A stretch of DNA of 59,146 bases, filler included, from Sphacelaria rigidula (Eukaryota): NCBI GenBank assembly GCA_964200075.2. It is 10 parts of 10 records of this genome, joined end to end, with 100 filler letters (N's around TTAATTAATTAA, not from the genome) between each part and the next. Parts side by side here need not be neighbours in the genome. Positions count along the whole stretch, not along the records: positions 47,399 to 53,222 come from CAXNAA020024176.1; positions 53,323 to 59,146 come from CAXNAA020024177.1; 8 more parts are not named here. One strand, given 5' to 3'. How positions within the stretch are numbered: the stretch's first letter is position 1; every line of letters starts with the position of its first letter. Both the position numbers and the translations under genes were made by a program. Below are positions 47,399 to 59,146 of this stretch, one piece after another. The notes beneath the pieces were generated by a model that saw only the letters and a list, made by a program, of their open reading frames with translations, did no database searches and was not told where the DNA came from.

Positions 47399-48696
47399 GC
47401 GAGCCTACGTCTGTGACCACGGGTTCGCGAGATCGGACTAATGTGCGGAAATAATAATAATAATAACTTGGCGCTGTCATGTCTGCGTGACCCGGCCCCG
47501 GGGGACGAGCTCGAAAGAGTTCCGTTCCTGTGGAGCAGGTTCGAGCCACGGGGTAAAATACCCTCTGAAAGACATTTCAATTTTTTTCTCACAAATTCCT
47601 AAAGTGCCTGAAGAAAAGTCCAGGCCGTTTCCTACGTCTAATTGTCAGGAACGCTTCGGTGAAGGTTGGGGCGCACGACGTGCGCTCCGTAGCGCGGAAC
47701 CTCACCGCAAACGCTTTCCCTTTTAACGTGCATATGAGGAGTTTCGAGGCTTGGCGAAGCAGGCGAATCCTTTCGAGCTGGGGACGGGGGAACATCGCGG
47801 TAGGAACAATAATATGAAGATATTTCTTGTTTGTTTCTTAATATTAACGATGTCCCTCCGGACCGTACATCAGGCCGTCATCTCAGAGTACACGCAAGTC
47901 AGGATCTGAGGACCACGGGATACAAGGTACGCACTTCGTGATTTGGGGGCGCGGCGGCGGGGGAGAAGGGGGGGAGGGGGGGGGCTCGCCAAACAGAGAG
48001 GGTCTGCTCAGATATGGCGTTGTGGTTACCGTTGTTGAAGGTCAACCTGATTTATTGTTCCGAAACGAAGCCTGGCGACCAAGGGATTAACTTGATCTAC
48101 ACCGAAGAGGTTTATCTGAATCGAGCGTCGTCTAGCCACTCACCTTGACCTTTCGGGAGTGTCCCCTCTCATCCCCGGGTCAGAAAACCATGGTTACGAA
48201 ATAAGAACAAATGACGCCTCCACAGCCATTGAAAGATGGTCGTGCGAGATAGGCACCCCGCTGTGGTCGAGTCCGTTTCGCCCGACAGTAAGCAAGCACC
48301 CTCGGGGTAATCGAGTCCAACTTTACTTGATGTACACCAATGGCAGATCTTAGCATAAAAAACAGATTGTAGGATCATCACTGTCTATGGTGTTGTCTTC
48401 CTCGCAGCACGTGTTTAGATCCATGGCACGCTCGCATCGCATACCACGCTGCGCAAAGTCATCAAAAATCAAGCCGCATGGGTGTGATATGGTTTGGTCG
48501 ATTCACTAACTGTTCGATTATCGTAAATCAGAGGATCCACTGCGAGTCATCATCCATCTGGCTCACGTACCCACGGTAAAACAAACGGAAAACATTCGAT
48601 CGCCGAAGGAAAATCTGAGAAAGGAGGTGGCATAAAAAAACAAAGCGAGCGGAAACAACGCAAACAGAGGAAATACTCGAGAGGTGAAAAAACATA

Positions 48697-49299
48697 CTTC
48701 CTCTGTGCCATAAGTAAAGTCCGTTATGATTACACGGGCCCTTAACGGTGTGATATTTGACTTTCGATCTTTTCATTGCATTCGTGGGCGTTTTTTTGAG
48801 CTAAAACCAACTTTTTGTTTACAACGTGAGTGCTTGACCCACGCAGCCGCGCGGCCAAGAAAAAGTAGGACGGTCCAAAAACGGTCATTTTTCGCTCGTT
48901 TTCCAAGGAAAGCATGAGGGACCCGGGAACACGAAAAATCGCAAAAGATGAGCCACAAAATGTGAAAACCGCAAAACCACCATTAATTTTGGCTGCAAGC
49001 GATAACTCCAAACCTACGCATGCCCCATCCAACATTTTGTTAGCATGTACTTGCTTGTACTCGATGTAAAAACGTCCAAAATCGGCCAATGATGGGGTAT
49101 AAATGGATCAAAAAGGGTCAAAATGGGGTATATTTCGACATAATTTGCTAATGAAAACATTTTTTTTTCGTGTTTTTTTTTCACCAGCTTCGTCTGCGCT
49201 TCACTTCTCTAACGAATCCGACCATAGGATGATCGTCAACGTTGAAATACCCAAACGATTCAACGCTTATAACGGACTTTACTTATGGCACAGAGGAAG
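48697..49299. mobile_element. Second Stowaway-like MITE, 603 bp
   Basis: TA|CTTCCTCTGTGCCATAAGTAAAGTCCGTTAT ... ATAACGGACTTTACTTATGGCACAGAGGAAG|TG, with a perfect TIR of about 31 bp. Confidence 0.85.
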
Positions 49300-51294
49300 T
49301 GAGAAGGGAATGAACGAGGAACCACGAAGGCTTGGGCCACTACTTATGGCAAACAAACAAAAGACGTAGAACTGCCTCTTCGGTCCTTCTGCATCGCTTC
49401 ACGCCCTCATAGACGGCTAGGCGGATTCAATACCCTGGAAGGACTTGCTCTACTCGTTGACCATTGGACAGCGACCCTCCCGTAGGTTGACGGAGATGAA
49501 CTATGCCACATTTGGGGTTCGGTACAGCTCTTTTTTCGCTACACAAAACGCCTTGTTTCATAATCATGTGGATCCTGGGCATCCTGTAGTCCACGTGTGA
49601 GGGAACTACGTGCTCATTTTGACTGCCTTGATTAGTCAGAATGGTCATTCCGCGCCTGTCGGGTCTCGTTCCTGGCTTAGAATCTTCCGCGGGGAACTTT
49701 CAACATACATGATTGACTTGGTGAGCTTCCTGGTTGCTCTGCGGACATATCTCTTCCCCCCCCTTCGCCCACTGGAAACCCGCGGATGTTTCCGGACTGT
49801 CAGCCTGTGAAACTCTTCCGAGGTGACGCTCGCTGTCTAAGGGTTACGTCGGAATCAGGACACCATTGCGTTTTCTGGTGGCCCGCAGCTTTTTCTTCGA
49901 CCAAATTTGCATTTTTGGCCAAGGACGATCAAGTCCAGGCAAAAGTGACCGGTTTTCCCAGATTTGACCATTTTTTACCGTTTTAGAACAAATTTGCAAG
50001 TTTTGAAAAAAACTGCGGCCAAGGGAAAACGCAAATATGTACTGAAACCGTCTCAACGAGTAGAGAGAGCCATTCCAAGGTGTCGAACTCCGCCTAGCCC
50101 TTTTTTCGGGCGTGTAACGACGCATAAGGACCAAAGAGGCAGTCTTGAAGTTTTTTTTTGGTCGTCATAAGGAAGCGGTCTTACATCTAGTACAAAATTC
50201 CAAGAACAAATCTGACAAGGCCCTGCCCGAGAGCCACAGGCCACGAAACTGTGCAAAAAAAACAAGATGGTATGTTGCGACTCGGCAATCTGCGAAGCGC
50301 GTTTGGAACCGCAAAAACAGGACGGTGGGCCAGGTACATACGCGTGTATCATAACCCAGGATTTCAGCTATTCCCCGAACAATAATTATACTCGCACTGT
50401 TCTTGCCGTGGAATATCCATATCGGTAATCATGGGAATACATGCGCGGCGGAAAAACCCCAGCAGTTCTCTGATTCAGCGTTCAGGCACATCCTGGTGTC
50501 AGCATCATCAGCATGTCTGTGGCAATTATTGGGTAGCCAAGGTCCGTTTTGGCAACGGGTAAGCGATCTCAGATTGGTCCCGTGCGGGAGTCGAGTGCCA
50601 GTGTACATGAATGGTACACTACTGTAAAATGTACTACAAACCGTACGCTGATATCCTGGTGTCGACCGCGTTATGGGCCGATAACTCGATGTAGACGTAC
50701 TGTGCAAGCATGTGCTGATGAATAGAAATTTTTATGCCGGCTGCAAGCGATAACTCCAAATGCTCAACGGTAACCAGGATTCACGAGGCACCCGGCATCA
50801 ATAGAAAACTGAGTCTGTGCCGTAGGGAATAGAGATAACACTCGGGGTGATACTCAGCGTGATAAGATCGCTCAGCCTCGATTTCCTCCCAAATTGCGGC
50901 ACCCACTCCGCCTCAAGTTGGTTCTTCGGAAATATCGAGATCCTTTGGTGAATGACCTGTCTTCTACCACTTCTAGGCGTGGTAGACAAGATCGAAGTTA
51001 GCTCCAACTTCACGCCGGGGGATATACATAGTCATATCAACACAACACACAACACGAACGATGTATCTTCGCTATGTAGGCTATGTAGGTCTCAGCTCGC
51101 GGGGAACATGTGGGGGGCAGGGATAGAGACGAAGGCTAAGGCCCAGAGAGGCGTAATCAAACATCCATTCAGTAGAACACGCACACCCGTGGAAACAAAA
51201 TAGAGTGAACCGAAGCACCCCCACCCTGACTGTTGCAACGTTGAGCATATTATCATCTGAAACTACACACAACGCACACACCCACGCGACCAAC

Positions 51295-51480
51295 CTGAAA
51301 GCTCTTGACGGAAGCCCACGTGAGCTCCGCCTTCTGGACAGCAGCCGAGGCGTCTGTAGCAAGCCACACCACCTTTCTGCTTGTGAACCAAACCGTACCC
51401 AGCACCTTCTTGTGCACGGCATGTCCCGAGAAAAGCATTTCCTCCCCAGCATCGAGCGTTGGCCCCGACATTGAAGCCAT
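51295..51480 (-). CDS. Probable first exon encoding a PH-like domain resembling the TFIIH p62 (TFB1/GTF2H1) N-terminus
   Basis: ATG at 51480; 62 codons MASMSGPTLDAGEEMLFSGHAVHKKVLGTVWFTSRKVVWLATDASAAVQKAELTWASVKSFQ; donor CAG|GTTGGT. The V.HKK..GT...T..KVVW pattern recalls the p62 PH domain. Downstream exons were not confirmed. Confidence 0.5.
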
Positions 51481-51951
51481 GAGTTGCCCTCGCCCAACGA
51501 GCCGGGTGCTGCCCGGAACGCGAAACACCGAATGTACGTAACGGGTGCCGCTCTATCTTCACTTTTGATTGTGTTTCAATAGTTCCCGTAGGTTAAGGCT
51601 GTGAAAGTTCCCCCGTAGGCTACAAATATTCAAAACGTGTTGTACCATTCAAACTTACTTGTCCAGCCGAGAAATACACGATGAGTTTCTTCTTGCAAGT
51701 GGGATTACTGGCCTCCGTACAGATGCGATCACCTACGGAAGTAGCTGCTCGGGCCGCGACTTTAGATACAAACAATTACACTTAGACGTAAATGTGGGTG
51801 GTTCGATGAAAAACAAATCTGTACAGTGATGCGGTCATCAGATATCGTCTGGACTACTTGGACAGCAACCGGTGCTGTAAGAACAACAGACAGTGTCTTG
51901 TACTGTGTTGGCACGCTCCGTGTATCTCAACCTGTCGCGGCAGTAGAAAGG

Positions 51952-52155
51952 ATGAGCGTCACTGCCATAGCAGACGGTAGTGTTCAGGAGGAACATGGTT
52001 TGGACGAAGGTTATCTAGCGTGGGCAGTAAACGACATGGGTGTGATCGTTCACCACCCGTTGAGAGTGGGCTCTATGCCTGGAAGGGAGGAGAGGGGGGT
52101 ATTCTGCCAGCAGGATATTCCCGCGGAGTCTATCGTGGTGTCTGTGCCGTGGGAG
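51952..52155 (+). CDS. 5' exon of a SET-domain (Rubisco-LSMT/SETD3-like) methyltransferase
   Basis: YLAWAVNDMGVIVHHPLRV...ERGVFCQQDIPAESIVVSVPWE matches SET motif I (RG.FA..DI..GE....VP). Donor GAG|GTTAGT. The start position is uncertain. Confidence 0.75.
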
Positions 52156-52861
52156 GTTAGTCCAGTACGTCATATAACATGCGCTTGCATCGCAATGTGG
52201 GGCAATACCGCAATACGTGCGTCTCATCGCCACATGCTACCACAAGTTTTTGAATGTATCTTTGAAATTGAAAATCCGAGCATCGCGGACCGTAGATAAC
52301 GGGGTATAGCACCCCCTCTGAAAATGTTATCACCCAGCCTCATTGATTTCGAAAGTTGAGCGGTCTCCCCTTCCAAAGGCTGTTGCTTATCGAAAAAATC
52401 TCAATCTCGACTAGATTTTCCCAAGGCCGCAACGTTAAGCAGCATATTGGAGCTGCCGGCCAGGAGGTTTTACTTCCTCTCTCACAGTACTAGGTTTTCC
52501 TGGTGTCGAAAACGTGCAGTGAGCGATTCGATCTCGAACGTTTTCAACACCAAAATGTTTTAAGAAAACACGTCCTCAGACCAACTCTTATGGGAGCGTT
52601 TAGAATTTTGTTTTGCAATAATTTTAAACGACTTTTTTTTTTTCTTTGCCGTGGTTGTGTATTGTGTGCCCGTTCACCATGATGACAAAGAAGAAAAAAA
52701 AAAAACTCCTCTGAAATTGTTGCAAAATAAAATTACCAACGCTCCCACAAGAGTTGGCCTCATACCCACAATCCTCAGGAGCACATATCATAAAACGGGA
52801 AATTCCCAATCGAGGACCCATGTGTTTTCTTGACAACGAAAGAATTCAATGGCAGGTCGAG

Positions 52862-53168
52862 TAGGGTATGTACTTTCGAATACTCGGGTAGAATACCCGG
52901 GTATTTATCCTACTCAAGGTTTGGGTAGATTGGGCACGGCCTCGAATAGTCTACCCAAACTCTGGGTAGATTGAGTATGACCTCGAGTTCCCTACCCAAT
53001 TTTTGGGTAGATTGGGTCCGGCCTCAAATACTGAACCGAAATTTGGGTAAGCACTCTCAGCAACACCTGGGTGTAGAGCATCACTTGGGTATGACCTCAA
53101 TACTTTACCCAGAATTTGGGTAAGTTGGGTACGATCTCTAATACTCGACCCAAAGTTTGAGTAGATTG
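52862..53168. repeat. Degenerate tandem array of about 40-bp units, each with an internal hairpin
   Basis: Recurring CTACCCAAA.TTTGGGTAGATTGGGTACGACCTCGAATACT. Confidence 0.8.
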
Positions 53169-53222
53169 CACGGTTAGGACGAATCATCACGACTAAGAAT
53201 CACCAAATCCACTATTTCTTCG

Positions 53223-53322
53223 NNNNNNNNNNNNNNNNNNNNNNNNNNNNNNNNNNNNNNNNNNNNTTAATTAATTAANNNNNNNNNNNNNNNNNNNNNN
53301 NNNNNNNNNNNNNNNNNNNNNN
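53223..53322. other. Artificial contig-joining spacer
   Basis: N44-TTAATTAATTAA-N44. Confidence 0.99.

Positions 53323-53363
<41 letters not shown>
53323..53363. repeat. (TAA)n microsatellite at contig start
   Basis: Direct reading. Confidence 0.95.
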
Positions 53364-53366
<3 letters not shown>

Positions 53367-53579
53367 TGTGGGTATAATTGTTGTCATGACACATAGGCCG
53401 CACCTTATGCAAAGGGAACCCTGTATGTACGTCCCGTGCCCGACGGTTCTTGGTATGCGTTGGGTTGGGGTTAGGGTTAGGGGTAGCAATAGTTTTAAAG
53501 TGTGTCAACTGTCTGTGGACATCTCGTAGCCCAACGCTCGTTAACCCAACGCCGGTTAACCCGCCTCTTCTTTTACGGT

Positions 53580-54025
53580 AACCAATCTCGATTTGTGCAA
53601 ATATGAGGGTTTCAGCCCGTCTATAGGCGACTTTCTCCTCCCGTGGATTGGTTTTTCGAACCCGAGTCCGTTGGGCACTGTTTTTCAGCTAGCTGTGAGA
53701 AGACACACATCAATTCTCCGATTCTCTGGACGTTGACTTTTGGTGTGTCACCTTCATGCTCAAATCGGGACCCTCCCGCCTCTCCTCGGATTTTTTATGC
53801 AGGGGAGATGCGGGAGGGTCCCGATTTGAGCAAAAAGTTGCATGATCCACCATAAAAAGTCAACCACGCAACGTCCAGCGAATCGGAGAGTTGATCTGGT
53901 TTTCTCGCATATCTAGCCGAAAAACATTGCCCAACCGACTGGGGTTCGAAAAATATATTCACGGGAGAGAATGACCTGTAGACGGACTGAAATAATTACA
54001 TTTGTACAAACCGAGATCGGTTGTA
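53580..54025. mobile_element. Fold-back MITE
   Basis: AACCAATCTCGATTTGTGCAAAT...TGCTCAAATCGGGACCCTCCCGC is mirrored by GCGGGAGGGTCCCGATTTGAGCA...ATTTGTACAAACCGAGATCGGTT. Confidence 0.8.
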
Positions 54026-54732
54026 AAAAAATATTATCTATAATAATAGTTACATAACCGGTAAAGAAGGTGCGTTATATGAGGGTGATCACAACTGTAG
54101 TGATTGATATTTTGACGTACGTCTCATTAACGCCTTTCCAACGGCAGTACGGAACGCCAACTAATTTGGAAACACAGGTTTCAGGACGAGGAAAAGACAA
54201 TACAGCTATACTGTCATATGCCGTTTGGCCTGCGCCCCATTTGAAATGCTGCTTTCGAGTGTCAAGGCCAATCGCGTCTGTAGTACTTTGTAGTTGGATT
54301 TAATCATCGCTTTTGGCGATCTTACAAAATTCGAGTTCAGATGCATGTTGACAATAAAGGTTGAAGGTTTGAAGGTTTCACGTTCCTACTGGCAAACAGT
54401 CCGCAGCACGGAAAATGACCGAAAATGATTCTTTGAGCGCGTTCGGATATGTCATGCATTTGAACTGCCACTGAACTTCAGTTTAATGCCGGCAGCTGGA
54501 GCTGGTCGAAGGTGGACCCAATAACTGCAGCAACGGATAGTTGTCTCCTGGCTGCTTCCGCACGCACAGCTACCCACCCGCGGCGCACAGCACATCGAAG
54601 GACACCTACCTTTGCTTCTATTCTGCTAGCAAATATCTGTCCAGACGAGGCCAGCTCGGTCTCTCTCTACTGGATCTCTTGACAGTTGGATCCGAGCCGC
54701 CGTTTGTGCTGATTCAGTCTCATTTGTCGAGG

Positions 54733-54849
54733 ATGGCTACCGTTGCTGCGCCAAGCAATGGATCTACAGCCGTTAACTCAGCAGCTGAGCAGCCTGAAGA
54801 GTCGGCCGTGGCTGCGTCTTACCGGCAAGGTGAACTCATCAAGTTGATG
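54733..54849 (+). CDS. CLC/EriC-family anion channel or transporter, exon 1
   Basis: ATG 54733, MATVAAPSNGS...GELIKLM, donor |GTGAGT, phase 0. Confidence 0.75.
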
Positions 54850-55174
54850 GTGAGTCCAAGCCGCGACCTCTCGGTTCCGAGAACATGAGTAGTGCCTGTA
54901 AAACTTGTGTGTCCAAACTAGTGTTTGTTGTGCTACAGATTGTTGTCTGTCTTGTCTGTATACTCTGCCGTACTGTACTGTACTGTCGAGTGGCGAATGA
55001 TGTAAGAGTACGATTACGGTTCTGGAAGTGTGTAGGTACTGAGACTTGTGCTGAATCGTGAAATGTCGACCCTTGAGTCAAAGTTTGATGCATGCTTCAT
55101 GCATTGCCATGGGTACTCGATTCGTAGAGATTGACGAAATTCCTCCACGTGCAATGCTCCGCGCTCTGTGACAG

Positions 55175-55212
55175 CTCCTGTTCGGCTTTCTGGTTGGATT
55201 CATCGCCTTCAT
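55175..55212 (+). CDS. CLC gene, exon 2 (38-nt micro-exon)
   Basis: ACAG|CTC..TTC AT|GTGAGT encodes the hydrophobic stretch LLFGFLVGFIAF(M) and supplies the phase 2 that exon 3 needs. Confidence 0.75.
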
Positions 55213-55769
55213 GTGAGTTGATATTGTTGCCCCTGTTGAACTGTACTGTCAAGGTGTATTTTAACAAACGATGTATTGCTTGGTGATTGAATAGGATTGA
55301 AAACAGCAAAATTTCATGCGGTTTTGAGCTCGCCGCACAACCGGACGGCAGTGTATGGTACCGACCGTGCCGTCTACTCGAAGTATTTGGCGACATAATC
55401 TCTGCTTGCACACTCAGTACGACATCAGCTAATGTGCAGTTCAATCGTTCGGGCTCCAACGTCATTGACGTTTGTCCGCATGAACGAACGGCCCAGTGAC
55501 TCGGATCAATGTATGTGCACACTTGTTGTTGTCCTACCTCTTGCGCATTACTCGTACTACTGTGATTTGTTGATTATTGTGCGGCGTTACTATGTTGTAG
55601 AGTTCTGGCCAACGCCTGCAGCAGGTTGAAATGAGCATTTGCGTGTTCTATCCAAAATCATATTTCCCCCGTGGTTGCGCCTACTCCTCTATTTTCCATG
55701 CTCACCTACGCATTTATGATGTCTACGGCGCGTCCACTCGTGTCGTGTTGCGTCACCGTCGATCTCTAG

Positions 55770-56224
55770 GTACGATTCATGCATGGAAATATCTCTGGAG
55801 ATCGTGTGGAAGGTTATTCCGGAAGCATTGGTTGCATCCGCAGAGAAGACAACAGGCGGCCTGGAGTTCCTCAGCAAATGGGGCTGGTTGTACACCATAA
55901 TAGCCTCCACAACCCTGGGGGCGCTCGCCGGTCTGTCGATAAAGTACTTGGGCTTTCCCGGCGACCTACCGAACGTGATCAAGTGCGTGCACAAGCTGGG
56001 ATACGTGCCTATGAAGCAAACTCTGCCAATGATCTTCGTCAGTTTGTTCAGCATCGCGGCCGGCGGGTCTTTGGGCCCGGAGGCGCCCCTTGTGGCCATT
56101 TCCGCGTCCGCCTGTGGCTGGTTGTCCATGAAGTATTTCGATCATGACCCCGTCATGGTGCGCAAGTGCACAATAATCGGGATGTCCGCAGGACTCAGCG
56201 CTTTCTTCGGCGTGCAGCTCGGCG
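55770..56224 (+). CDS. CLC gene, exon 3
   Basis: TCTAG| acceptor and G|GTGAGC donor. Contains GGSLGPEAP (GxEGP gating-Glu motif) and GMSAGLSAFFG. Confidence 0.92.
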
Positions 56225-56575
56225 GTGAGCCCATGAATGCCAACAACTATTGTGCAAGAGTCAAATTCAGTGCGTGTCACGCTTTTATCCACGTAGTCAG
56301 CGCGGGGAGAAGGTGGACTTTCGCTCGCTCACATGTCAGAGGATTTACGCTCGTACACAGTCATCAGTACTACACCACAGACTTTTCAAAGTCTTCCCAA
56401 AAAGAGTAGCCTCACTACGGCCGTCGACGGTGATTCCCTTCTTTTCTCGCTATGACACACATGAGTCGTAACTCACAACCTACGTATGGTCAGGTTCATT
56501 CTTGTTCCGTGGTGATCGATCGACCTGGCGACGAACTTGGGTGTGGGTGATCCCGTAACCGAAGAGTCAATAAAG

Positions 56576-56835
56576 GAGTGATGCTACGGTAGGGGTACAC
56601 AAATATTTCCTGAGGTTGGAATTGTGTTCTAGGAGCCCTTTATTTCACCCAAAACACGGCTCATGAAAAAATGCGCAATTACGCCAGGATTACTATTTGA
56701 ATGTGCTGGGGACACCCCGGATAAATTTGCAAACGGGGATGCCCTGACCCGTATTCTTGTGCGTCTAGAATCGTTAGGAACCCCTGAACCAGACAAAATT
56801 TCGCGAAAAAGTGCACCCCTACCGTAGCATCGCTC
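56576..56835 (+). mobile_element. Sola2-like MITE, 260 bp, TSD AAAG, in a CLC intron
   Basis: AAAG|GAGTGATGCTACGGTAGGGGTACAC ... GTGCACCCCTACCGTAGCATCGCTC|AAAG. Confidence 0.88.
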
Positions 56836-57700
56836 AAAGGCTGTGCTCAAAAAGCGCGTGCAAGTAATCGCCGTCGAAAACTGTTCCTCTCAGGTCCTGT
56901 CTCATCGAGACGAAACAAGAAGTGAGAAACGCAACAAACGTCCAAAATAGCATGTTGATTCGTACCAGGGCGGGTCTATGGTTGCGGCGACTAAGGCCCA
57001 TTATTGTCTACACTGTTTTTCGGAAATGTCGAAAGTTTTCCGATTTTTCGGACTCTGCGTTTTGACTTTTCCGAAAACGAGGCGGCTTGATTTCTTCTCC
57101 GCAGCTTTATTTTTGGAGGAGGCCGAAAAGGTCAAGAATTTTATCTGCAACGTAGCACTTCGGAGGGCTATGTCCTATGCGTACGCTATGGCGCTCGCAG
57201 GCGTTCAAGAGTCCTAGGGTACCTTGCCAGCCCCGAAAAATTCGGAGAAGTCCGAAAAAAAAAAGAAAAATGGATCAATCAAAATACTGCTTTCGGACGC
57301 TCGTTTCGTTTTACGTTTCTTTTAGTCTCGAGAAGACTCGCCTCATGGGGTGGCGGCGCTTTTCACACCGTTTGATGTTTTAACCGTGGAGGGTAGATTG
57401 TGCCACACGCGATCTCCTCCGTTATGGTGGTATGCACATGTGACGAGACGGAATTGGTTGTGATGCGTGGTTTCCTGAGCTTGTCTCTGCACGCTGAGCA
57501 CACTGCCCAGAACACCTACGTGGAAGTGGTGCTAAAGTTCAGCGTTTTTGACGACGCTTGCTGTTTTCATGCTATTAATAGCACGCCTCCTTCGTTATGG
57601 TCTCAGGGAACTTCTGCCAGTCTTGCGCATTCACGGTACGAGACAGTCGCGTAACGTTTGCCAATCCCCGCGCCCGAACGATGTGTTACGTGGTTTTCAG

Positions 57701-57932
57701 GAGCTCTCTTCGCCCTGGAGGTTCTTCACACGATGGGTATGCAGTTTTTCGACGTCGCTGTCTACGCCATTGGAGCGGGTGGTATGTGCTTGGTCGTCTA
57801 CCGTGGGCTTGGGGGTGACACGTTCGGTGCCATCTGGGACTTCGCAATCCCGCCGCAGAGCAGCGCGGCCGAAGTGATTCTAGGCACTCTGGTGGGAGTA
57901 GTCGCTGGTGGCGTTGGACTGGTGTTCCGCAG
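57701..57932 (+). CDS. CLC gene, exon 4
   Basis: TTTTCAG|GA completes Gly. Encodes GALFALEVLH and ILGTLVGVVAGGVGLVF. Donor AG|GTGCGC. Confidence 0.92.
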
Positions 57933-58029
57933 GTGCGCATTCCCTTTGCCATGTAAAGCATTTTGTAATCTGTGCAGCTGGAGTTTTTCAGGCAGTGAGC
58001 TGTGGTCGCCACTTGGGTTTGGCTGATCA

Positions 58030-58320
58030 TCGATTAGCGGTCCGAATCTTCGACCTTTCTGTATATATTGTCTTCCCCTTGGACAATGTATGGTCAATAC
58101 TGTATTTAAAATAGTTGCGATAGACAGTACAAATATTCTGCTCTCAGTATAGGCCTATTACGACTGTTGTCGGTCGACAATGATCGCAAAAGGCCCATTC
58201 TGAAAGCTGTACATTTTTTGTCTATTGCAACTATTGACCATACCTTGTTATTGTCCAAGGTGTGGTATGTTCTGACATGTCGGAAAGACAGTCACACATG
58301 ATTGTTTGGCCCTCTGATCG
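58030..58320. mobile_element. Degenerate fold-back element in a CLC intron
   Basis: CCTTGGACAAT..GTATGGTCAATA..AATAGTTGCGATAGACA versus TGTCTATTGCAACTATTGACCATAC..ATTGTCCAAGG. Confidence 0.65.
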
Positions 58321-58466
58321 CCAGTTTGGATCATCCGCAATCTGTTGAATCGGCATGTTTTTCACTTGAACAACAAGTGCAAAAGCTAGGTGACACACTC
58401 TGGCGGCCGGAGGGTTGATGTACTAATTTGATTCGTCGCCCCCTCGTCGCGTCTCCCCTCATGCAG

Positions 58467-58671
58467 CTTTTTCCGACGTGTGGGAAAGGGCGTTGGCGCC
58501 ATCGGCCTAGGCCACTTCGAAAATCCCCCCGCACCGGTCATTCTCTGTGCTTTAGGTGGACTCTCCATCTCGATCATTGGCGTTCTCGTTCCGCCGTCCA
58601 TGTTTTGGGCTGAGTTCGAGATAGGATCCATCGCCGATCCCAGCAAGGAGTTGCCGCACGTCTGGCCTCCG
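58467..58671 (+). CDS. CLC gene, exon 5 (gene continues beyond the contig)
   Basis: ATGCAG|C, phase 2. LGGLSISIIGVLVPPSMFWAEFEI. Donor CCG|GTACGT. Confidence 0.88.
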
Positions 58672-59146
58672 GTACGTAACTCTACCGTGGTCGATAAATG
58701 GCCTCCACAATGCCGTAAAGTGTCGTACCTCGGTACACGGGACTGTTTCATTCCCACTCCTCTCTAGGTCCCTGGCGTAAAAGTCAAGATTGCGTTCGTT
58801 TTCTGCGGTTGTGCGCTTGAATGAGGTTGGTACCCGGAACCTAACTTGACTGCATCTTCCGAACGGAACTCGTACTCTCATAAGTTAGGCCGACAATTTT
58901 ACACACGTGTGTAGCCAGCCACACAAGGCTACATGCTCACTCTGTGGTATAGCGAGACGCAGGTCTTCGATTGGCAAAAGTTCTTGCATGCTTTTGCATT
59001 GTGCAATATTATGCAGTGTGTGTGTGGAGGTACTGCTGGGAAGGTGTATCTAGGTGCGAGTGTGTGTTGAGTGTTCTTGCTCGAGAAACAGCCAATCATC
59101 TATGTTGAGGATGGTGCTTTTGATTGAGGATGAGAACCCGGAGGAT

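Noticed and set aside
47706..49803. Candidate further minus-strand exons (about 47706-47777 and 49709-49803) of the PH-like gene
   Set aside because: Splice-like signals are present, but the peptides show no recognisable similarity and would need a very short intron. Unsupported without RNA data.

Overview
This window is not one locus. It is ten unrelated contigs of 5825 or 5824 bp, joined by artificial 100-nt spacers (44 N + TTAATTAATTAA + 44 N). The DNA is eukaryotic, with GT-AG introns and short exons. It is most likely from a brown alga, judging by the EsV-1-7 repeats and the gene and exon style; that assignment is inference. Coding content: an EsV-1-7 Cys/His repeat gene with 12 x 38-aa repeats and an in-frame TAG in repeat 5; a 557-codon terminal exon of a cadherin/Ig-like membrane protein; a one-blade beta-propeller exon; three exons of a Cys-containing Kre9/KNH-like Ig-fold protein; a CIAO2B/MIP18 exon; a divergent pair of PH-like and SET-domain first exons; and five exons of a CLC/EriC-type anion channel or transporter. 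The rest is rich in non-autonomous mobile DNA: fold-back MITEs, Stowaway-like and Sola2-like MITEs with TSDs, tRNA-derived SINEs, LINE-like 3' tails, minisatellites and microsatellites. The best candidate for new biology is the EsV-1-7 array, a constant scaffold with a short hypervariable patch per repeat that suggests a TALE/PPR-like recognition code. All family assignments come from motif recognition by eye; no searches were run.
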